Shown here in pieces: positions 59,158 to 64,000 of a DNA stretch of 64,000 nt. A model generated the notes under the pieces. The model was not told where the DNA came from. It saw only the letters and a program-made list of their open reading frames with translations, and did no database searches. Source of the stretch: a virus; IMG/VR virus record IMGVR_UViG_3300042341_001047; one strand, given 5' to 3'. Each line of letters opens with the position of its first letter. Within the stretch, counting starts at the first letter, position 1. The position numbers and the translations under genes are program-made.

Positions 59158-59668
59158 TTAATATTGAATTTATTTTTTGTTCTCTTATAATAATTTTTAT
59201 AAAGTCATCACTATTATAAGATTCTCCTTCTGTCTTTAATAAAACTTTTTTTCTTTTTTCCTCATCACTATATTCATTGGTGATTTCTAAAAATTTTGAA
59301 TTTTCAGTAAATTTTAATTTATTAACATCTAAGCAAGTAAATATTTTTCTAACTTTTATATTCATAATATTATTAAATACCTCATCAGATATATAATCAG
59401 CATCATCAACTATAAGTAAATTATAATCTTTAATATCAATTATTTCGGTAGCCTTTTCAATTATTTTTAAATTATTATACTCAGATGAATTTAGAAAATC
59501 AAAACTATCAAACTCTTTCATCACACTTCTTAATTCTGAAAACTCAGAAGTAGCACCAATAAAAAATACTTTTAACCCATATTCTTTCAAAGCGATTGAA
59601 ATATCAATCAAAAACTGACTTCTACCCGAACCTCTTTCACCATATATAATATTTAATTCACCAGTCAT
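59150..59668 (-). CDS. Degenerate P-loop NTPase ending IREQKINSIL
   Basis: GERGSGRS (Lys to Arg), LLIVDD. Confidence 0.55.
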   Translation of the reverse strand: MTGELNIIYGERGSGRSQFLIDISIALKEYGLKVFFIGATSEFSELRSVMKEFDSFDFLNSSEYNNLKIIEKATEIIDIKDYNLLIVDDADYISDEVFNNIMNIKVRKIFTCLDVNKLKFTENSKFLEITNEYSDEEKRKKVLLKTEGESYNSDDFIKIIIREQKINSILND

Positions 59669-59699
59669 ATCTTTTATATTATGAGTTAATTAAAATGTT

Positions 59700-60485
59700 T
59701 TAGTATGGACAATTATCTTTCCACTTTTCAACATACCAGAAAGTTCTTCCGGTTTTGTCTTTACAAGATATTCCTTTTTGATAAAAAACCCACTTCCTAA
59801 ACTCTTCATAATCAGTATCAAATGGATTTTTCCAATCTTGTAACTGACCACCATTTAAATTATAAGCCATAATAGGAATGTCTCTACACATTGATAAAAT
59901 TTTTGTATTATCTTTAATGACTTTTCTGGCTTCTTCAAATGGATTAACATCTAAGTAATATAAAATAGTACTTCTTAAGTAATTACCAATTCCATTGAAA
60001 TACTTTTGGTCGAGTAAAGCCTCACAGATAGGCTTATCAAATACTTTCTTATCTAAATTATCAATTACATTGTTATAAAAGTCAGTGAACTCTTTTGTTG
60101 GATCTGGTCCTCTTTTAACACCAGTAAATCCACCAATTCTATATTTAGGACCCATGTAAGAACCATAAAGAAGTAATGAATATCCATCAGTAGTATCTAA
60201 TCTCATTCTAATAAACTTAGTATCACTCCAATTTTCGGTTGGAACCCACTTCCAGTTACCAGACATACCCATAAAAACCGATATTTTATGAATTTCAGAG
60301 CCATTATAAAATCTAATTATTAACTCTTTTCCAAAAGATTCAGCATCAACCTTAAACTCATTAAGAAGTTGAAATTGTTCAGGATTATTACCCTTTAATA
60401 CATGAAATGATTTATTGAAAGTTTTCTCTTTTACATTCTGATTAATATAATCAGACATAATCTTCAATTCTGCTAACTCTGGCAT
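59700..60485 (-). CDS. nei: Fpg/Nei family DNA glycosylase, NEIL1-like
   Basis: MPE start, GKEL, GMSG, PICEALLDQKYFNGIGNYLR H2TH motif, GRTFW zincless finger. Confidence 0.9.
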   Translation of the reverse strand: MPELAELKIMSDYINQNVKEKTFNKSFHVLKGNNPEQFQLLNEFKVDAESFGKELIIRFYNGSEIHKISVFMGMSGNWKWVPTENWSDTKFIRMRLDTTDGYSLLLYGSYMGPKYRIGGFTGVKRGPDPTKEFTDFYNNVIDNLDKKVFDKPICEALLDQKYFNGIGNYLRSTILYYLDVNPFEEARKVIKDNTKILSMCRDIPIMAYNLNGGQLQDWKNPFDTDYEEFRKWVFYQKGISCKDKTGRTFWYVEKWKDNCPY

Positions 60486-60570
60486 AGATATAATTTTACT
60501 AAGGTTATATAAATTGAAAAAAAAAGGTTTATATTTTAATATATAACTATATTAAAAAAATAATTATAGT

Positions 60571-62208
60571 ATGAAACTAAAGAATTATAATGATTTTACA
60601 AATAAATCAAAAAACACAAATGAAGGTAATTCATCTAATTATATGGCTAAATATAGTTTATCTGAATTTAGAAATATGATATCTGATAGTATACTTGAAA
60701 AAGATGAGTTTATAAAAGAAGAAAAAATTAATAGAATTCACGCATCATATGAATTAGAAATGTTATACGAGTCTAAATCTCATTGGGAAAAAACACCAGG
60801 TTCTATTTATCATGTAGATTTTGGTGATCATATTTTCTTAGTTAAGAATTCTGAGGGTTTTATAATAGAGAAAAAAACATTTGAACTTACTAATAGTGGT
60901 GAGTTAGAAAACTCAGAAATTCTTGAAGAGTGGGGTTGGAGAGATCTTGTTCCTGACTTTATTGAAAAAAGAATTGATAAGGTTTCTGAAGGTGGTAAAA
61001 AAGTTTTAGAATGGGTTAAAAAGGCTAAGGCAGCTATTAAAGAGTTTGTTCATCATAATCATAAAGCAATAAGTATAATTTTAAGTATTCTAACTGCTGT
61101 ATTTGGTATCGCTGGTATAGTTGCTCCTGGTTTAAGTGTATTAGGTGGTATTTGTATGATGTTAAATGGTACTTTACACATTTCACACGGATGGAGTGAT
61201 TTCAAAAAAGGAAAAGAAGTACTTGGTAAAGTATCACTTAAAGAATCTGGTAAAGCACTTTCATCTGGAATCATTAGTGGATTACCTGGTTTACTTTCAG
61301 GTAGTTTAATGATGTGTATTGGACTTAATGATGTTTGGCATGGAGGTACTACAGCAATGACTCCAGCCGGAGCAGCTGCTGCGGTTCACTCTGAAGCAAC
61401 TAAAAAAGGAGCTATGGCGACAGTAGAAAAAGTAGTTACTGGGGTAGGAGCTACAATAGAACATACAGTCGAAGCAGGAATTGAATGGTTTGCAGAGAAT
61501 GTTGTTCCAAATGCTGTGAAATTTGCAGGTGAAACTTTATTACCAGAAGCAGCAAAAGGTTTAGCTGCTGGAGCACTTGGTATAGGTTCAATATACTTAC
61601 ATGTTGCACTTAAAAAAATAATCGGATGGATTTATGATGCTATTCTAAAATCAATAGATGTAGTTGTATCAACACTTGATGGTGTTTCAAAAATACCTGG
61701 TAAAATAAGTGATTCGATATCTAAATTTACTGAGAGTGCTAAAGGTTTTGTATCAAAATTAGTTAGTAAAGGATTAAATAAATTAATTAAACCTATAACA
61801 GATTGTATAGCTGGATTCGTAGAAAAGTATATTACTCCAATCCTTAACGGAGTTAAAGGATTTGTTGCTGGTCAACAAATGGCTGTTAAAATTCTACAAG
61901 AAATGGAAAAAAGTAAACCGGAAACTGCACAAAAGATAGAAGGTATGCAAATCCAAGCAGTTCCTAAATCTGATCAAAAAATGTTCCCCAATACAGAACC
62001 TGTTAATATTAGCGATGAAGATAAAAATCAAATAGAAGAAATCGCAGAAGAAGGTGAAGAAAAAAATGGAGGAGGAGAAGGTGATACAAAAAAAGAAGTG
62101 AATAAAGAGGAACAAGCTACACAACCCGAACAACCGGCTAAAGAAAAAGAATCTGTAGCTGAAAGTAAGAAATATCTTATTAAAGAATTTAATAAATTTA
62201 AATATTAA
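60571..62208 (+). CDS. Large membrane/hydrophobic protein with CTS-like motifs at both ends
   Basis: MKLKNYNDF ... ESKKYLIKEFNKFKY; multiple Gly/Ala-rich hydrophobic helices. Confidence 0.6.
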   Translation: MKLKNYNDFTNKSKNTNEGNSSNYMAKYSLSEFRNMISDSILEKDEFIKEEKINRIHASYELEMLYESKSHWEKTPGSIYHVDFGDHIFLVKNSEGFIIEKKTFELTNSGELENSEILEEWGWRDLVPDFIEKRIDKVSEGGKKVLEWVKKAKAAIKEFVHHNHKAISIILSILTAVFGIAGIVAPGLSVLGGICMMLNGTLHISHGWSDFKKGKEVLGKVSLKESGKALSSGIISGLPGLLSGSLMMCIGLNDVWHGGTTAMTPAGAAAAVHSEATKKGAMATVEKVVTGVGATIEHTVEAGIEWFAENVVPNAVKFAGETLLPEAAKGLAAGALGIGSIYLHVALKKIIGWIYDAILKSIDVVVSTLDGVSKIPGKISDSISKFTESAKGFVSKLVSKGLNKLIKPITDCIAGFVEKYITPILNGVKGFVAGQQMAVKILQEMEKSKPETAQKIEGMQIQAVPKSDQKMFPNTEPVNISDEDKNQIEEIAEEGEEKNGGGEGDTKKEVNKEEQATQPEQPAKEKESVAESKKYLIKEFNKFKY

Positions 62209-62209
62209 T

Positions 62210-62782
62210 ATGAAACACTTAAAAACATTTGAATCGTTTTCAATCAATGAAACAATGGATATGATGACACTACCAGTTGATCCTATTCCAGGATCAGTAG
62301 ATGTCTATAGTGAAGTATTCAAATCAATTGGTTATAAAATTAATGATATAGTTAATCCATTAAAAAGAGTAGCACTTCCAGATGTTGTTAAAATTAAAGG
62401 TTTCATGATTAAAACATTTGGAACTACCTCTCCAGAATTGTCAAAAGAAAATGTTGAAAAACTAAATAAAGTTCTTGGATTAGATTATATTAATGAAAGT
62501 TCTTTTCAAGAAAATGAAAACTTAGCTATTAAATTGTGTGGTAGAATTAAACAATTATTAGGTGTTAATATTTATGCCAGTGCTGGTATTCCTTTGGCTA
62601 CGGTTTTAGGATTAATATCTGGTTCAGTATTTATAGGATTTGTTACATTTTTAGCCGGATGGGCATTACTTTGGATTTTTTCAAAAATTATGCAAATCTT
62701 TGGATACGGAGATATGGACACTAATATTAGTGGTATTGGAACTTATGATCCAGATAATGACATCAGAAGAAGAGAGAACTAA
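62210..62782 (+). CDS. Membrane-hairpin protein, PVDPI paralog family
   Basis: MKHLKTFESFSINETMDMMTLPVDPIPG; aligns along its length with 15064..15828. Confidence 0.7.
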   Translation: MKHLKTFESFSINETMDMMTLPVDPIPGSVDVYSEVFKSIGYKINDIVNPLKRVALPDVVKIKGFMIKTFGTTSPELSKENVEKLNKVLGLDYINESSFQENENLAIKLCGRIKQLLGVNIYASAGIPLATVLGLISGSVFIGFVTFLAGWALLWIFSKIMQIFGYGDMDTNISGIGTYDPDNDIRRREN

Positions 62783-62796
62783 TAGAAAAGGTAATT

Positions 62797-63153
62797 TTAA
62801 TCATTACAAGTTTTCTTTACCCATTTAACAAGTATATCTCCGTGACAAGATTTACCACCACCTCCTAAATTTTTACACCAACACCCAAGAACTTTATCTT
62901 TTAATTCATGTAAGTCATTCATTAATTCTTCATTAGAAAGTAAATACTCTTCATAAGCATCTACGATTTTTTTTCTCGTAGTTCCCTCTGGAAAAGTATC
63001 ACGCAATTCTTTAGGGTAAGACCACTTATTGTATTTACCATTTGGTAACCGACCAATATAAATGTCAAAAGGTTCTTTCTTAAAATGAACTACTCTTACT
63101 TTATGGTCATATTTAGGCTTACCTTTAAAACTATCAAAAAAATCATCACTCAT
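62797..63153 (-). CDS. DUF4326 family protein
   Basis: VVH..K..DIYIGR...W, LHELKDKVLGCWC...CHGDIL. Confidence 0.85.
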   Translation of the reverse strand: MSDDFFDSFKGKPKYDHKVRVVHFKKEPFDIYIGRLPNGKYNKWSYPKELRDTFPEGTTRKKIVDAYEEYLLSNEELMNDLHELKDKVLGCWCKNLGGGGKSCHGDILVKWVKKTCND

Positions 63154-63229
63154 ATTGGTAGATTTACTTTACTCAATAATTGATTTGAAACGTGTGTATA
63201 TATCTCAGTTATAAATAATAAAACTAAAA

Positions 63230-63382
63230 TTATGAATTGTTTAATTCGTTCAGTCTTATTTTCGCTGTTTCATAAGTATTCCACCTTTCATAAAATGATT
63301 CAAATAATCCAAACCATCTTACATATATCATGTGATAAACTTCACCACACATCAATTCTTGTTTAATAAAGTATTTTTTCAT
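63230..63382 (-). CDS. Small hypothetical protein inside inverted repeats
   Basis: Start re-assigned to MKKYFIKQ; flanked by IR arms 63208-63233 and 63388-63414. Confidence 0.55.
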   Translation of the reverse strand: MKKYFIKQELMCGEVYHMIYVRWFGLFESFYERWNTYETAKIRLNELNNS

Positions 63383-63409
63383 ATTGTATAATTTTAGTTT
63401 TACATATTT

Positions 63410-63457
63410 ATAACAAAGTGTAAAAAACATTAAAACGATTTTTTACACTCAACCGTT
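63410..63457 (+). repeat. attC-like hairpin repeat, copy 1
   Basis: ATAAC-AAAGTGTAAAAAA...TTTTTTACACT-CAACC-GTT; 47/48 identical to 63948-63995. Confidence 0.75.
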
Positions 63458-63519
63458 GTTTTGGAAGAAGAGTGATTTTTATATCTTAACTTTTCTTCAA
63501 ATATTTTAAGAATTTTCAT
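63430..63519 (-). pseudogene. Possible N-terminal stub of an integron-type tyrosine recombinase
   Basis: MKILKIFEEKLRYKNHSSSKT resembles the LR.+NYS..T start of integrase N-terminal SAM-like domains; cut by the attC-like repeat. Confidence 0.35.
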
Positions 63520-63620
63520 ATAGAATCATATATAAAATAAGTGATTTAGTTTAATTATAGATATATAATAGTTATGTTTAATTGTTCGTTCCTCACAACT
63601 ACACTTCGTTAAACATAACA

Positions 63621-63830
63621 TCAGATAAACGAAATAAAATTAAAAATCAGCGATATTGCTAATACAATCACTATTCCAACTATCCATTTTCGTGCAAGAA
63701 AAAATCCTTGTACAAAACCATTTGAATATCCACTCGTATATGAATGTTTATCAATGTTTAGTTTTTTGTAATCAACCTTATCGTGTTTATTTAATTTTTG
63801 TAAAAGTATTTTTTTAAGTATTCGTTCCAT
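63621..63830 (-). CDS. Small membrane-anchored protein inside inverted repeats
   Basis: C-terminal hydrophobic helix; flanked by IR arms 63615-63646 and 63834-63869. Confidence 0.55.
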   Translation of the reverse strand: MERILKKILLQKLNKHDKVDYKKLNIDKHSYTSGYSNGFVQGFFLARKWIVGIVIVLAISLIFNFISFI

Positions 63831-63947
63831 ATTTTTTTAATTTTACATTCGTTTATCTGTAACCGTTATGTATAATAAAAACTTAATTATGAGTTTCTAT
63901 TTTACAAAAATATTTATCCAAGTGAATAATTAAGTTTTTACTAATAC

Positions 63948-63995
63948 ATAACAAAGTGTAAAAAACATTAAAACGATTTTTTACACTCAATCGTT
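63948..63995 (+). repeat. attC-like hairpin repeat, copy 2
   Basis: ACATAAC...GTTAGTG boundaries with internal AGTGTAAAAAA/TTTTTTACACT stem. Confidence 0.75.
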
Positions 63996-64000
63996 AGTGA

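Noticed and set aside
475-62247. Shadow ORFs in the track (e.g. 475, 2798, 3500, 4001, 4914, 9308, 10168, 12645, 16553, 17611, 18263, 18880, 20533, 20918, 24483, 26604, 26798, 33646, 34289, 37832, 38350, 41723, 45517, 47760, 48518, 48980, 52393, 53752, 56736, 57004, 57433, 58949, 61059, 61894)
   Set aside because: Antisense or out-of-frame within well-supported genes, with composition typical of non-coding frames
63410-63995. 48-bp direct repeat as a CRISPR array
   Set aside because: Only two copies about 490 bp apart, with no regular spacers and no cas genes
1-64000. Stop-codon reassignment as in Lak or crAss-like phages
   Set aside because: Core genes are full length in the standard code, and TAG/TGA act as ordinary stops

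Overview
Very AT-rich, gene-dense segment of a large (jumbo/mega) T4-like dsDNA phage using the standard genetic code. The host is most likely Bacteroidota: several TAnnTTTG promoters have a TTG/TTTG box 19-20 nt upstream, and there are no obvious Shine-Dalgarno sites. Core genes include PhoH, UvsX/RecA, a RuvC-like resolvase, a gp41/DnaB helicase, a DinG helicase, the N-terminal half of a split family-B DNA polymerase, NrdA, ThyA, a NEIL1-like glycosylase, CysK, a DNA methyltransferase, and tail/baseplate proteins. Main observations: (1) a Ro60/TROVE gene preceded by two unannotated Y-RNA-like ncRNAs (69 nt and 287 nt) that share a bulged-helix module and a GAGwUACUUCGA motif; (2) a recurrent R-x-x-K-I-x-x-I-[LF] peptide in about 13 small ORFs, two of which carry a clear fragment of a core phage protein (PolB motif B, major capsid C-terminus); (3) about 28 proteins with a T4-like capsid-targeting N-terminal peptide, mostly behind a TAATATATA promoter, including enzymes and membrane-hairpin proteins; (4) an integron-like attI/attC hairpin array with a probable integrase stub at the right edge; (5) an atypical tRNA-Cys. 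All protein calls come from motif recognition by eye; no database search was run.
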